Source: an uncultured Bacilli bacterium
GTDB taxonomy: Bacteria > Bacillota_I > Bacilli_A > RF39 > UBA660
NCBI GenBank assembly: GCA_934098435.1
Contig: CAKOOV010000001.1
Coordinates: 118,185 to 182,184, forward strand
Direction: 5' to 3'
Length of the DNA: 64,000 nucleotides
Part shown: positions 1 to 9,840 of the stretch, one piece after another
How the letters are laid out: every line of letters starts with the position of its first letter
Numbering within the stretch: the stretch's first letter is position 1
The notes under the pieces: generated by a model
The model's database searches: none
What the model was told of the DNA's origin: nothing
The model's input: the letters and a program-made list of their open reading frames with translations, nothing else
Translations under genes and position numbers: made by a program

Positions 1-2
1 TT

Positions 3-641
3 ATATTTGACTTAGATGACTTCTATTTGTTGTCACATCTTCGAATGGAAGGAAAGTATTTTTTTAAGACAAGTAATGATGAAATTTCTAAACATGAGCA
101 CGTTATATTTGATTTGGATGATGGCTCTGAACTTAGATATATGGATACAAGGAAATTTGGTAAAATGTATCTTATAAAGAAAGATGAAATTGATAAAATT
201 GGGCCTTTACGAGAACTTGGTTTAGAACCTTGGGATAATAAACTTAATAGTGAATATCTACTAGAAAAATATAAAAATAAAAAATTACCTATTAAGAGTG
301 TACTATTGGATCAAAGTATTATTGTTGGAATAGGAAATATTTATGCTGATGAAATATTATTTTTATGTAAAATTAATCCTTTAAGAAAATGTAATACTAT
401 TACTGAAATTGAAGCTGATAATATAATTAAATATACTAGAAAAGTATTGGAAAAAGCTATTAAAATGGGTGGTACCACTATTAGAACATATAGTTCTGTT
501 GATGGGGTACATGGGTTGTTTCAACAAGAACTTCTTGTGCATGGTAAGGATAATGGTACTTGTCCTGAGTGTCATAGTAAAATACAAAAAATTAGAGTTG
601 GTGGTAGAGGAACCTACTATTGTGAAAAGTGTCAGAAATAA
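3..641 (+). CDS. mutM: Formamidopyrimidine-DNA glycosylase (Fpg/MutM), 5' end cut by window edge
   Basis: The frame is open back to base 3. The translation contains HLRMEGKY, the H2TH-like LLDQSIIVGIGNIYADEILF and a C-terminal zinc finger CPEC-x16-CEKC. Confidence 0.85.
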   Translation: MFDLDDFYLLSHLRMEGKYFFKTSNDEISKHEHVIFDLDDGSELRYMDTRKFGKMYLIKKDEIDKIGPLRELGLEPWDNKLNSEYLLEKYKNKKLPIKSVLLDQSIIVGIGNIYADEILFLCKINPLRKCNTITEIEADNIIKYTRKVLEKAIKMGGTTIRTYSSVDGVHGLFQQELLVHGKDNGTCPECHSKIQKIRVGGRGTYYCEKCQK

Positions 642-662
642 TATTTACAATAATTTGACATA

Positions 663-699
663 AAAAATGTAACTTATTTGGTTACATTTTTGTTTTTTT
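663..699 (+). terminator. Rho-independent terminator after fpg
   Basis: Stem AAAATGTAAC / GTTACATTTT with a 7-nt loop, followed by a T-run. Confidence 0.7.
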
Positions 700-744
700 A
701 TTGATATTGTTTTTATGTTGTGTTAATTTATACTTGGTGGTATT

Positions 745-1152
745 ATGAATGATGAATGTTTTAGACTTGCGCTTATTGATATTATGCATGCAGGTTTATT
801 AAATGATTTTGTTAATTTAGTATTTGGTTATAATTTAAAAAGCAATGAAGATGTTTATATGCAATATAAAATTGCTTCAGGAAATATAATTCTTAATATA
901 TTTGATAATTGTAATAATAATAGATTTAATGGGTATATATTTTCTAATAATAATATTATTGATGATAATAATGAAATCACCTATATTGATATTAATGATG
1001 CTTATAAAAAATATAAAAATGATAATAATTATAATAATCTTATTTTAATTGGTGCATTACTTAAAAGTAATAACGAAGATGAAAAGATTCATATAATTAA
1101 TTTGCTTTTTGATGGTAAGATGAAAAAAATTATTAGTAGAAATTTTTTATAA
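745..1152 (+). CDS. Hypothetical protein, N/D-rich, no recognised domain
   Basis: 135-aa ORF following the fpg terminator. I recognise no motif. Confidence 0.4.
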   Translation: MNDECFRLALIDIMHAGLLNDFVNLVFGYNLKSNEDVYMQYKIASGNIILNIFDNCNNNRFNGYIFSNNNIIDDNNEITYIDINDAYKKYKNDNNYNNLILIGALLKSNNEDEKIHIINLLFDGKMKKIISRNFL

Positions 1153-1161
1153 AATATATTT

Positions 1162-2292
1162 TTATTTTTTTATTATTGGTTTTTTATTATATTCTTTTTT
1201 TGATATATCTACCGCTACTAAAGAATAAATATTTGTAACTCTTAATTCTATATCTAATAATTTAGATATGTTTTTTTTATATCCTGTTAATAATGGGATT
1301 TCTATTTTTCTTTTGATGGTATTTAAATATTTTTGACCTTTTGTGTTAAAACCTAATATTCTTATATAATCTATATTTATGTTTAGAGCTTCTTCTTTGG
1401 TTAGATTAATAAGTATATGTAGTAACATTCTGGATATTTTATTGTATGTATAGCGTTTAGTCTTTATATTTTTTATTAATTCTTCATAGTTATTAGATGT
1501 ATATACGGCTTTTATAACTCGATTTTCTATTCCTTCCTCTACGGTATGATATTTATTAATATTATTACCAGTGGATATTATTTTATATTTTAAGTATGGA
1601 TAAAATGAATTCATGCTTATTTTTTGTAATAATTCTGGAGAGTATGGTATTAAGTTTGATATATTTTCGTTATTTAAATATTTATTTCTAATTGCAGTAG
1701 CTGAAGCTATATTATCTTCTGATGATAGACTGTGATATGAATTTGTTCTTTTTATATTTATGATATTAATATCTTTATTTATTTTTTTTACTTCTTTAAT
1801 ATATGAAAGAGCTAATAAATCATTAGGTGTATCTATTTTAACACCTGATAGTTTCATAATAGCTTTATTTGTGGCTGTTGGATAATTTAATCCTTCTTTT
1901 AAGTATTTTTTTACTAAACTGTCGTATTCTCGATTGTTTAATTGAAGGTCCGCTACTGATGATATGATATCTATGTTATCACTTTCTGTACCAAATACTA
2001 GAGTATCTATGCCTAATTTGTTTAATATTGTTACTGCTCCATTAGCAAATATATCTGAACTTTGTGTTGAATAAACAAATGGTAATTCTACTATTATATC
2101 TATATTATTATTTAATGCTATTTCTGTTTTTGTCCATTTATCTAATATGGATACATCACCTCTTTGTGTAAATGATGATGATACTACTGCTATTAAAATG
2201 CTATCTGGATATTTTTCTTTTATTTTATTTATTTGATATAAATGACCATTATGAAATGGATTATATTCTGCTATTAAACCTATTATATGCAT
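1162..2292 (-). CDS. tmcAL: tRNA(Met) cytidine acetate ligase (TmcAL/YlbM, nucleotidyltransferase family)
   Basis: N-terminus HIIGLIAEYNPFHNGHLYQI is the HxGH nucleotidyltransferase motif. Full-length collinear resemblance to B. subtilis YlbM (KTKRYT, IRILG). The ATG at 2292 is preceded by GGTGA. Confidence 0.8.
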   Translation of the reverse strand: MHIIGLIAEYNPFHNGHLYQINKIKEKYPDSILIAVVSSSFTQRGDVSILDKWTKTEIALNNNIDIIVELPFVYSTQSSDIFANGAVTILNKLGIDTLVFGTESDNIDIISSVADLQLNNREYDSLVKKYLKEGLNYPTATNKAIMKLSGVKIDTPNDLLALSYIKEVKKINKDINIINIKRTNSYHSLSSEDNIASATAIRNKYLNNENISNLIPYSPELLQKISMNSFYPYLKYKIISTGNNINKYHTVEEGIENRVIKAVYTSNNYEELIKNIKTKRYTYNKISRMLLHILINLTKEEALNINIDYIRILGFNTKGQKYLNTIKRKIEIPLLTGYKKNISKLLDIELRVTNIYSLVAVDISKKEYNKKPIIKK

Positions 2293-2356
2293 ATTTATCA
2301 CCGTTTATATAATATCATAAATAATATAATTATGCAAAAAAAATATAATAAAAAGA

Positions 2357-4405
2357 TCATTGTTTAAGATGATCTTTTTCTAAGTTCTTGGTATTTTCTT
2401 TTTCTGAAATGATTGTTTTAAAGTAATCATACTTTAATGTTAAATCATTTTTTCTTATTTGATAATTTATATAGTAATTTTTATCTTCTAATGATACTTG
2501 ATCTATATATTTATTATTTGTTACTTCACCACCATCTACATATACGTTTCCATCATACCATGAGTAATCATTAAAGAAAACATATCCATTGTAATTTGGA
2601 GATAAAGCATCTTGTCCTAAATAATAATTAGGATGATCTTCTAAACCAAATAAATTTATTAATGTAGGTAGTATATTTAGTTGTGATGTTACATCTTTTA
2701 CTTTTTTCTTAGTCTGTCCATTATCCCATATAAAGAATGGTGTATGATTTATTAGATTATTGTCGGTTTCTTTATATTTGTCTAAGATAGTTTGATCGGA
2801 TAATGTATATAGGTAATGATCTGTAAATACCACTATGATTGTATTATCTAGAAGATTTTTTTCTTCTAATTTTTGTAATAATAATTCCATCATATAGTCT
2901 GTTTCTTTTGATTGTCTTCTGACACATTCTTCTTCAGTATATGTTGGTAATACATAATCTTTTGGTAATTCATCTAGTTCTTGTTCTTTTAATATATCTT
3001 CAGTTACTAATTTTTTACAAACTCCTTTTTCGGTAGTAAATGGTAAATGTCCGGAATAAGTTATTATATAATCTACAAATTTATCTTCAGAATACATCTT
3101 TTCTGCGAAAGTTTCATTTAATATTAATTCTCTATCTAAAATATATGAATCGTCTTTATATGTTCCTAAATCTTTTAATCCATAATAATTATCGTAACCC
3201 CAATTTTTATAATTTATACCACGTGAATAATATTCACTAGTATTCATATGAAAGGCATTTACTGTGTAACCTTCATTTTTAAATAATTTGGCTAGAGAGT
3301 ATGGAAAATGATTTTTATTAAAGCTATATGCATTTTGTGTATATGATAATGGCGTAATAAAACCGGTATTTACTGCAAATTCTGAATTAAATGTTGATCC
3401 ACCACCATTGTAATATGAGTAATGATTAGTAAAATTTATTCCTTCATTCATCATTTTATATAAAGTAGGTGTTTCTTCTTCATTTAATAACCAACTATCC
3501 ATTCCTTCTAATTGAACTAGTATTAGGTTTTTATCTTTATATTTTCCTGTATAGTTATTATTTTCTGGTAAATCTTCTTTATTATACTCTGTTTCAAGAA
3601 ATGTTAAATCTTCTTCATTTGTTGTTTTTTTTGCTTTAATAAATGTTATGTAAAAATTTCTAACACTGTATTCATAGATTCCTGCTATAGTCATACTTTT
3701 ATTATTATCATTAAAGTTAATATATATATTTCTTGGGTTACGCCATGTACTCCATGTTAATTCATTATTGGCTTTTCCTAAAAATAAAGGAATTATACTA
3801 TGAAATATTAGAAATATAAAGAATATTTTAATAATATTTTTTAGGTTTGTTTTTTCTCTATTAGGAAATTTTTTTAATGCTAATATAAACGATAATAATA
3901 TTATTATACTAGATATATATACCCAAACATTACAATTTATTATAGCATCTAAGAAATAGTCTGAACCTTCTCCTGCTAATAATACTAAACTAAAGTCAAA
4001 GAATGAATTTGTCATAGAATAATAAATATTATTGGTGATAAATAAAGCAAATGCTAAAATAAAAAAGATTATATATAGTGTTTTGCCTTTCTTTTTGTTT
4101 GAATATATACAAATTCCTATCATCAAAAATATCCAAATTGCTGTAAATAGGTTTGGTACTAATTTCCATATACTGAAAAAATTTATTTTTCTTCCAAGTA
4201 TCCTGGTTATTATATCTATTAATACAAATGGTATTATCATGAATATTACATTTTTATAATTTATAATAAATGTCTTTATTTTACTTACTATTTTTTTTAT
4301 GTATATTTTAATGTTATCCACTTTATTTGTATTAGTTTTAGTTTTCTTTTTACTTTTATTACCTTTATTACCTTTTTTTTCTTTTTTCTTAACTTCTTTT
4401 TTCAT
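2357..4405 (-). CDS. LTA synthase family protein (N-terminal multi-TM plus extracellular sulfatase-type domain)
   Basis: Lys-rich N-terminus, about 5 hydrophobic segments, then LVQLEGMDSW, GGGSTFNSEFAVNTGF and VVFTDHY motifs typical of LtaS/phosphoglycerol transferases. Confidence 0.75.
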   Translation of the reverse strand: MKKEVKKKEKKGNKGNKSKKKTKTNTNKVDNIKIYIKKIVSKIKTFIINYKNVIFMIIPFVLIDIITRILGRKINFFSIWKLVPNLFTAIWIFLMIGICIYSNKKKGKTLYIIFFILAFALFITNNIYYSMTNSFFDFSLVLLAGEGSDYFLDAIINCNVWVYISSIIILLSFILALKKFPNREKTNLKNIIKIFFIFLIFHSIIPLFLGKANNELTWSTWRNPRNIYINFNDNNKSMTIAGIYEYSVRNFYITFIKAKKTTNEEDLTFLETEYNKEDLPENNNYTGKYKDKNLILVQLEGMDSWLLNEEETPTLYKMMNEGINFTNHYSYYNGGGSTFNSEFAVNTGFITPLSYTQNAYSFNKNHFPYSLAKLFKNEGYTVNAFHMNTSEYYSRGINYKNWGYDNYYGLKDLGTYKDDSYILDRELILNETFAEKMYSEDKFVDYIITYSGHLPFTTEKGVCKKLVTEDILKEQELDELPKDYVLPTYTEEECVRRQSKETDYMMELLLQKLEEKNLLDNTIIVVFTDHYLYTLSDQTILDKYKETDNNLINHTPFFIWDNGQTKKKVKDVTSQLNILPTLINLFGLEDHPNYYLGQDALSPNYNGYVFFNDYSWYDGNVYVDGGEVTNNKYIDQVSLEDKNYYINYQIRKNDLTLKYDYFKTIISEKENTKNLEKDHLKQ

Positions 4406-4610
4406 TTTTTCACCACTACAGAGATTATACTATATATTTCTTTTTTTGTAAATAGAACATATTTTTTTTATTTATATATACGTATTTTGATAAAAATTGT
4501 GAATTTTCTTTATTTATATACCTAAGAAAAGTTAATAAATTTTATAAAATATATTTCTTTTTTTTATTTTATTTGATATAATCAAGGTATAATAGGAAGA
4601 GGGCTAGAAA

Positions 4611-6368
4611 ATGTTTAAGGAAATTGTGGCTATTAGCAAAAATTATGCTATTGTCAAAATAGATAGTATAATTAACGATGACTTGCTAAATTTAAATGTT
4701 ATTTTTGAGGAAGAAAATAAAAAAATATTGGGTGAAATTGAAGAAGTAGCTAATAATGAAGTTAAAATAAATTTTTTAGGTGAATTTCATGGTGAAAAAT
4801 TTTATGATGGTATTATTAGAAAGCCTAGTACTACTGCTAAAATAAGGATAATTAATGCTAATGAACTTGCTGAACTTACCGGTTATAATGATCCTAAAGC
4901 AATGTTACTCGGATTATCCCCTTTATATAATGATAGCCCTATTAAAGTAAATATTGATGATATGTGGAGTAATCATAGTGCTATTTTTGGTAATACTGGT
5001 TCTGGTAAAACTTATGGCGTTGCTAGACTAGTTCAAAATCTTTTTACAATGCCTAATTATATTCCTTTTAATAGTGTTCTTTTTATATTTAATAATACTG
5101 ATGAGTATGATAACGCTTTTAATTCTATAAATAATTTTAATTTTAATTTTAATTATAAACTTTACACAACAAATTTAGAAAAAAAAGATAATATATTAAA
5201 GTTACCTTTGTGGCTTTTATCTGTAGATGATTATGCAAATTTACTTGATGTTACTGAATATACACAAATTATGATAATTGAAAAAATGCTTACATATGTT
5301 TCTTTATTTGCAAAAAATGATGAAGAATCAAATCGGTATAAGAATCATTTAATAGCTAGTGCGATTGTTTCAGTTTTATATTCTAATCAAGTGTCCGCTA
5401 GAATTAGAGATCAGATATTTTCTATTTTGACTGATTGTCACACTAAAGAACTAAATTTAGATGTAGAAGTTCCTGGTATCGGTTATACTAGACAGTTCAG
5501 AAAATGTTTTGATATTGATAGTCAAGGACAATTTGTTGAACGAATTTTAATTACTGAATATATCAACAAATTTGTCGATAATGATACTAAATGGGTAGAA
5601 GAATATACACCTACATATTTCACTCTTGATGATTTAGAGGTTGCACTTAATTTTACTTTAATTTCAGAGGGATTATTACTTAACGAAAAATCTTATGCTG
5701 AGGCTTCAGCATTAAAAGTTAAATTACACACAATTGCTAATAGTTCATTAAAAAATTATTTTAATTATGATAAATTTATTACTTCTAGTGAATTTATTTC
5801 TAGCCTTATTTTAGTTGATAACAATAAAAGAGCACAAATTATTAATTTTGTTTTAGAAGACGTTGATGACAGATTTGCTAAAGCTCTTGTTAAAATTTAC
5901 TCGAGAATTATATTTATGTTTATGAAAGGACTTCCTACTAGAGGTTCTATGCCTGTACATTTAATGTTGGAGGAGGCTCATAGATATGTGCAAAAAGACA
6001 ATGATATTAATATACTTGGATATAATATATTTGAGCGAATTGCCAAAGAGGGTAGAAAATTTGGGGTTGTAATTGATCTTATTACACAAAGACCAACTGA
6101 GCTTTCTGAAACTGTTTTATCACAGTGTAGTAATTTTCTTATTTTTAAGATTAATCATCCTAGTGATTTAGAATATATTGAAAAGATGGTTCCAAACATA
6201 AGTAGTGATGTTATTGAGAAACAGAAGTCTCTTCAATCTGGTACTTGTGTTGCTTTTGGTAAAATGATGAAGATTCCTATGATTGTTAAATTACCGTTAC
6301 CTGATCCTACCCCTATGAGTTCTAATGCTAGTATATTTAATAAATGGATGATACAGTGGAAAAATTAA
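4611..6368 (+). CDS. HerA-like / DUF87 P-loop ATPase (FtsK-HerA superfamily), orphan
   Basis: N-terminal HAS-barrel-like segment, Walker A AIFGNTGSGKTYG, Walker B HLMLEEAHRYV, and GRKFGVVIDLITQRPTELSETVLSQCSNFLIFKI. Confidence 0.7.
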   Translation: MFKEIVAISKNYAIVKIDSIINDDLLNLNVIFEEENKKILGEIEEVANNEVKINFLGEFHGEKFYDGIIRKPSTTAKIRIINANELAELTGYNDPKAMLLGLSPLYNDSPIKVNIDDMWSNHSAIFGNTGSGKTYGVARLVQNLFTMPNYIPFNSVLFIFNNTDEYDNAFNSINNFNFNFNYKLYTTNLEKKDNILKLPLWLLSVDDYANLLDVTEYTQIMIIEKMLTYVSLFAKNDEESNRYKNHLIASAIVSVLYSNQVSARIRDQIFSILTDCHTKELNLDVEVPGIGYTRQFRKCFDIDSQGQFVERILITEYINKFVDNDTKWVEEYTPTYFTLDDLEVALNFTLISEGLLLNEKSYAEASALKVKLHTIANSSLKNYFNYDKFITSSEFISSLILVDNNKRAQIINFVLEDVDDRFAKALVKIYSRIIFMFMKGLPTRGSMPVHLMLEEAHRYVQKDNDINILGYNIFERIAKEGRKFGVVIDLITQRPTELSETVLSQCSNFLIFKINHPSDLEYIEKMVPNISSDVIEKQKSLQSGTCVAFGKMMKIPMIVKLPLPDPTPMSSNASIFNKWMIQWKN

Positions 6369-6374
6369 TTTATT

Positions 6375-6403
6375 AAAGCCTTATTTAATAAGGCTTTTTT
6401 TGT
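6375..6403 (+). terminator. Rho-independent terminator after the HerA-like gene
   Basis: AAAGCCTTA / TAAGGCTTT stem, 5-nt loop, T7 tail. Confidence 0.75.
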
Positions 6404-6434
6404 TTGTCAACAATATCAACAGGTATGTTGATAA
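6404..6434. promoter_or_regulatory. oriC part 1: DnaA-box cluster upstream of dnaA
   Basis: TTGTCAACA (6404-6412), ATATCAACA (6413-6421) and TGTTGATAA, which is the reverse complement of TTATCAACA (6426-6434). Weaker TGTTAATAA-type repeats continue to about 6560. Confidence 0.65.
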
Positions 6435-6570
6435 CTATTGTGTAAACTGTTAATAATAAAAAATGTCTAAATTTGTTGAAAAGTGTTTAAAAACCTTTAT
6501 TTATATGTTATTATATTGTTGAAAAACTGTTAATAACATGTTATTTTATCTGTTAATTATAAATTTATAC

Positions 6571-6598
6571 TAGACAAATTTTGATTTTGAGATATAAT
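6571..6598 (+). promoter_or_regulatory. Candidate sigma-A promoter of dnaA
   Basis: TAGACA, 16 nt, TATAAT, about 37 nt upstream of the dnaA ATG. Confidence 0.4.
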
Positions 6599-6634
6599 AA
6601 TTGTAATGGGAACTTGAAGTAAGGAGGTTTTGCG

Positions 6635-8002
6635 ATGAATACAGATATTCTTTGGAACAATTTTCTTGATAAAATAAAAGATCGTATATCTCCTTTATCT
6701 TATGATACCTGGTTTAAAGATACTAAATTATATAAAATAGATAATAGTACCGCTATTATCGAAGTACCAATGATTTTACATAAAAAACATTTAGAAGAAA
6801 ATTATTTGGATGAAATTGAAGAAATATTTAATTCTATTACTGGTACAAATTTTAATTTTAAATTTAAATTAGAAAATGAATTATTAGAAGAAGAAAAAAA
6901 TAATAAAAATGAAATAACAACAATTGTTGAAACTACTGGTGTTCCTTATCATAGTAATATTAGTGCTAATTTAAAATCAGAATATACTTTCGATAGTTTT
7001 ATTGTTGGAGATTCTAATAGGTTTGCTTTTACTGCAGCAAGGGCTGTAGCTGAAAAACCTGGTAAAGCTTACAATCCTTTATTTTTATATGGAAAAAGTG
7101 GATTAGGTAAAACCCATTTAATGCATGCGATTGGTAATTATATTTTAGAAAATTCTAATAAAAAGGTGTTATATGTATCTAGTGAACAATTTGTTAATGA
7201 TTATATATATGCAGTTAGAAATAACGATAAAAATAATTTTGATAAAATTGATTCTTTTAAGGATAAGTATAGAAATATAGATGTTTTGATTATTGACGAT
7301 ATACAATTTTTAGGTTCCGCCACTAAGGGACAAGAAGAATTTTTTCATACTTTTAATCAATTACACGATTCAAACAAACAGATTATTATTGCTTCTGATA
7401 GATCTGTAGATGATTTAAAAATGTTAGAAGATAGGTTAATCACTAGATTTAATTGGGGACTTACTGCTAATATTACACCACCGGACTTTGATTTAAGGGT
7501 TAATATTATTAGAAAAAAAATATCGCATCAAGAAGCTGCAAGTGATATTCCTAATGAAGTTATTGAATACATTGCTAATATTAATGACTCAGACGTAAGG
7601 CAACTTGAAGGAGCTATTACTAGAGTATTTGCCTATGCTTCTATGATGAATCGCGGTATTATTACTTTAGATATTGCTATTGATGCCCTGAAAGATAAAG
7701 CTTCTGAAAAAAGTGTATATAAAAACGATGTACATAGAATTCAAAGAATTGTTTGTGAGTATTTTAAAATTGATATTGAAGAACTGAAAGGTAAAAAAAG
7801 AAGTAAAGATATTAATTATCCACGACAAATTGCTATTTATTTATGTAGAATTATGACTAATGAGTCATTTCCTAAAATGGGGACATACTTTGGAGGTAGA
7901 GATCACTCAACAATTATATCTGCTTATCAAAGAATTGAGCGTGATTTAAAGACAAATACACAACTTCAAACGGTAATAAATGAATTGAAAAATAAAATAT
8001 AG
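6635..8002 (+). CDS. dnaA: Chromosomal replication initiator DnaA
   Basis: AAA+ Walker A GKSGLGKTHL, Walker B LIIDDIQF, and C-terminal DNA-binding GGRDHSTIISAYQRI. GGAGG RBS. Confidence 0.97.
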   Translation: MNTDILWNNFLDKIKDRISPLSYDTWFKDTKLYKIDNSTAIIEVPMILHKKHLEENYLDEIEEIFNSITGTNFNFKFKLENELLEEEKNNKNEITTIVETTGVPYHSNISANLKSEYTFDSFIVGDSNRFAFTAARAVAEKPGKAYNPLFLYGKSGLGKTHLMHAIGNYILENSNKKVLYVSSEQFVNDYIYAVRNNDKNNFDKIDSFKDKYRNIDVLIIDDIQFLGSATKGQEEFFHTFNQLHDSNKQIIIASDRSVDDLKMLEDRLITRFNWGLTANITPPDFDLRVNIIRKKISHQEAASDIPNEVIEYIANINDSDVRQLEGAITRVFAYASMMNRGIITLDIAIDALKDKASEKSVYKNDVHRIQRIVCEYFKIDIEELKGKKRSKDINYPRQIAIYLCRIMTNESFPKMGTYFGGRDHSTIISAYQRIERDLKTNTQLQTVINELKNKI

Positions 8003-8091
8003 TTGATAAATATAAAACTATCAACATATGTTGTTGATGAAATAAGCCTTAAAAATAAAGAAATATTATGTAGATTTACACAATATCAACA
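8001..8091. promoter_or_regulatory. oriC part 2: DnaA-box cluster in the dnaA-dnaN spacer, followed by an AT-rich stretch
   Basis: AGTTGATAA (8001-8009, reverse complement TTATCAACT), CTATCAACA (8018-8026), TGTTGATGA (8032-8040, reverse complement TCATCAACA) and ATATCAACA (8083-8091). These are followed by TATAATAATTATAATAATAAAATTAAA. Confidence 0.65.
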
Positions 8092-8135
8092 GTATAATAA
8101 TTATAATAATAAAATTAAAGAAAGAGGATGATAAA

Positions 8136-9251
8136 ATGAAATTTATAGTAAAAAAGGAAATATTATTGGAAAGTTTAAATAATACAGCAAGAGCAATTTC
8201 TACAAAAAATTTAATACCTATATTAACAGGAATTAAATTTGATTTAAAAGATGATGGTTTATATTTATATGCAAGTGATACTGATGTATCTATTAGGTCT
8301 TTTATACCTAAAGATAAACTTACTAGTTTAGATGAAATTGGTAGTATTGTTATTGGTGGTAAATATATTGTTGAAATAGTTAGAAAATTACCTAATTCTG
8401 ATATTTCTATTGAGGTTATTGATGGATATAAATTAATTATTAGTACAGACAATACTGAATTTAATTTAAATGGTATTAATCCAGATGAATTTCCAAATTT
8501 AGATTTAGATGAGACTAAGGAACCTATCATTATAAATAATGGAGTTTTTAAAGATATTATTAACCAAACTGTTTTTGCTACTTCACAGAGTGAGACTAGA
8601 CCTTTACTAACTGGTATTAATTTTAGACTTTTTGATAACACTCTAGAAGTTTTAGCTACTGACTCTTATAGATTAGCACGAAAGATTGTTAATATTGATC
8701 ATAGTGTTGAAAATGAAATAAATATCGTTATTCCAGGTAAAAATTTGATTGAACTTACTAAAATGTTAGATGATGATACTGATAATGTTGAACTACATTT
8801 ATTTAGTAATAAGGTTTTATTTAAATATAAGAATATAGTATTTTTATCAAGACTTTTAAGTGGTACTTATCCAACTACTTCAAATATTATCCCTAAGGAA
8901 TTTCATATTGAACTTGAATGTTCTTTTGATGATTTATTTAATATGATTGATAGAGCATCTTTATTAACTTCAGATAGAGAAAAAAATACTATAAAACTTT
9001 CTCTTAATAGGGATGAGCTTATGATTTCTTCTAATTCTCCTGAAATTGGTAAAGTAGAGGAAAAAATATTTGTTTCTTCAGATAAAGAAATTAATATAGC
9101 ATTTAGTTCTAAATTTATGTTGGATGCAATAAAAAGTTTTAATAAAGAAAAAGTTATTCTTTGTATGAATAATGATAGTTCTCCAATTGTTATAAAATGT
9201 AGTGATGATGAATCATTAATACAATTGGTTCTTCCTATAAAAACATGTTAA
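8136..9251 (+). CDS. dnaN: DNA polymerase III beta sliding clamp
   Basis: 371 aa with collinear beta-clamp features (LLTGI, ATDSYRLA, LSGTYP) and the canonical position after dnaA. Confidence 0.95.
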   Translation: MKFIVKKEILLESLNNTARAISTKNLIPILTGIKFDLKDDGLYLYASDTDVSIRSFIPKDKLTSLDEIGSIVIGGKYIVEIVRKLPNSDISIEVIDGYKLIISTDNTEFNLNGINPDEFPNLDLDETKEPIIINNGVFKDIINQTVFATSQSETRPLLTGINFRLFDNTLEVLATDSYRLARKIVNIDHSVENEINIVIPGKNLIELTKMLDDDTDNVELHLFSNKVLFKYKNIVFLSRLLSGTYPTTSNIIPKEFHIELECSFDDLFNMIDRASLLTSDREKNTIKLSLNRDELMISSNSPEIGKVEEKIFVSSDKEINIAFSSKFMLDAIKSFNKEKVILCMNNDSSPIVIKCSDDESLIQLVLPIKTC

Positions 9252-9254
9252 TAT

Positions 9255-9280
9255 GACTCTCAATTTGAGAGTTTTTTATT
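9255..9280 (+). terminator. Rho-independent terminator after dnaN
   Basis: ACTCTC / GAGAGT stem followed by a T-run. Confidence 0.6.
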
Positions 9281-9290
9281 TTTTTATCTT

Positions 9291-9320
9291 TTTCGACAAA
9301 ATTCTACAAATTTCGACAAA
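9291..9320 (+). promoter_or_regulatory. Two TTTCGACAAA direct repeats phased exactly 20 bp apart, upstream of the ComK-like gene
   Basis: TTTCGACAAA at 9291-9300 and 9311-9320. A nearby imperfect palindrome TCTACATAT-ttt-TATATGTGGA lies at about 9340-9361. Confidence 0.3.
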
Positions 9321-9376
9321 TATTTGTGCTTTAATAGGTTCTACATATTTTTATATGTGGAAAGGGGGATTTTTTT

Positions 9377-9835
9377 ATGGAGGGGTATATTTTAAATAGT
9401 GATGTTTTATGTTTTACACAAGATATAGACAATGAAAAGAAAGTTTTAATTGTTGAAAAGAATAAAAAATTTAATATTGATGCTGATTGCTTTAAATTTA
9501 TCAAAAAATGCTGTATGGTATATGGTCATTCTTATGCTATGCAAAGGCAATTTGTTATTGATGTTTTCAATTATTATATTAAAACACCTATTATTGTTTC
9601 TGATTATAATATGATTATTTTCTTTCCAACAGCTGCTCCTAATTCTAAGGATTGTATATGGATTTCTTATAATAATATTGATAGATATGTTCAGGAAAAT
9701 AATTATACTAAAATATTTTTCAAAGGTGGAAAAGTTATTAAAATTAATACTTCTTTTAGTACTATTGATAGTCAAATTACTAAGTGTATTAAAATAGAAA
9801 AATATTTAACAACTAAAAGGTATGTAAACTGTTGA
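9377..9835 (+). CDS. ComK-family protein (short, 152 aa)
   Basis: It aligns by eye with the B. subtilis ComK core: C..YGHSY, K.PIIV, IIFFPT, and a Cys followed by WIS (CIWISY here), plus an FKGG..I.I..SF....Q tail. GGGGG RBS. Confidence 0.6.
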   Translation: MEGYILNSDVLCFTQDIDNEKKVLIVEKNKKFNIDADCFKFIKKCCMVYGHSYAMQRQFVIDVFNYYIKTPIIVSDYNMIIFFPTAAPNSKDCIWISYNNIDRYVQENNYTKIFFKGGKVIKINTSFSTIDSQITKCIKIEKYLTTKRYVNC

Positions 9836-9840
9836 TTTTA

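Noticed and set aside
27-641. ORF-track start (TTG at 27) as the true start of fpg.
   Set aside because: The frame is open to base 3, and the N-terminal catalytic region of Fpg (PELPEV...) is missing. The gene is truncated by the window edge.
8066-8641. 191-aa antisense ORF overlapping dnaN. Similar cases in the ORF track include 381-587, 9446-9775, 13580-13900, 13587-13895, 34197-34574, 40627-41118, 42307-42768, 43115-43600, 44446-44948, 45504-46226 and 52431-52830.
   Set aside because: All lie inside strongly supported genes, either on the opposite strand or in an alternate frame. They translate to low-complexity I/L/F/N/S-rich strings typical of AT-rich DNA and lack an RBS.
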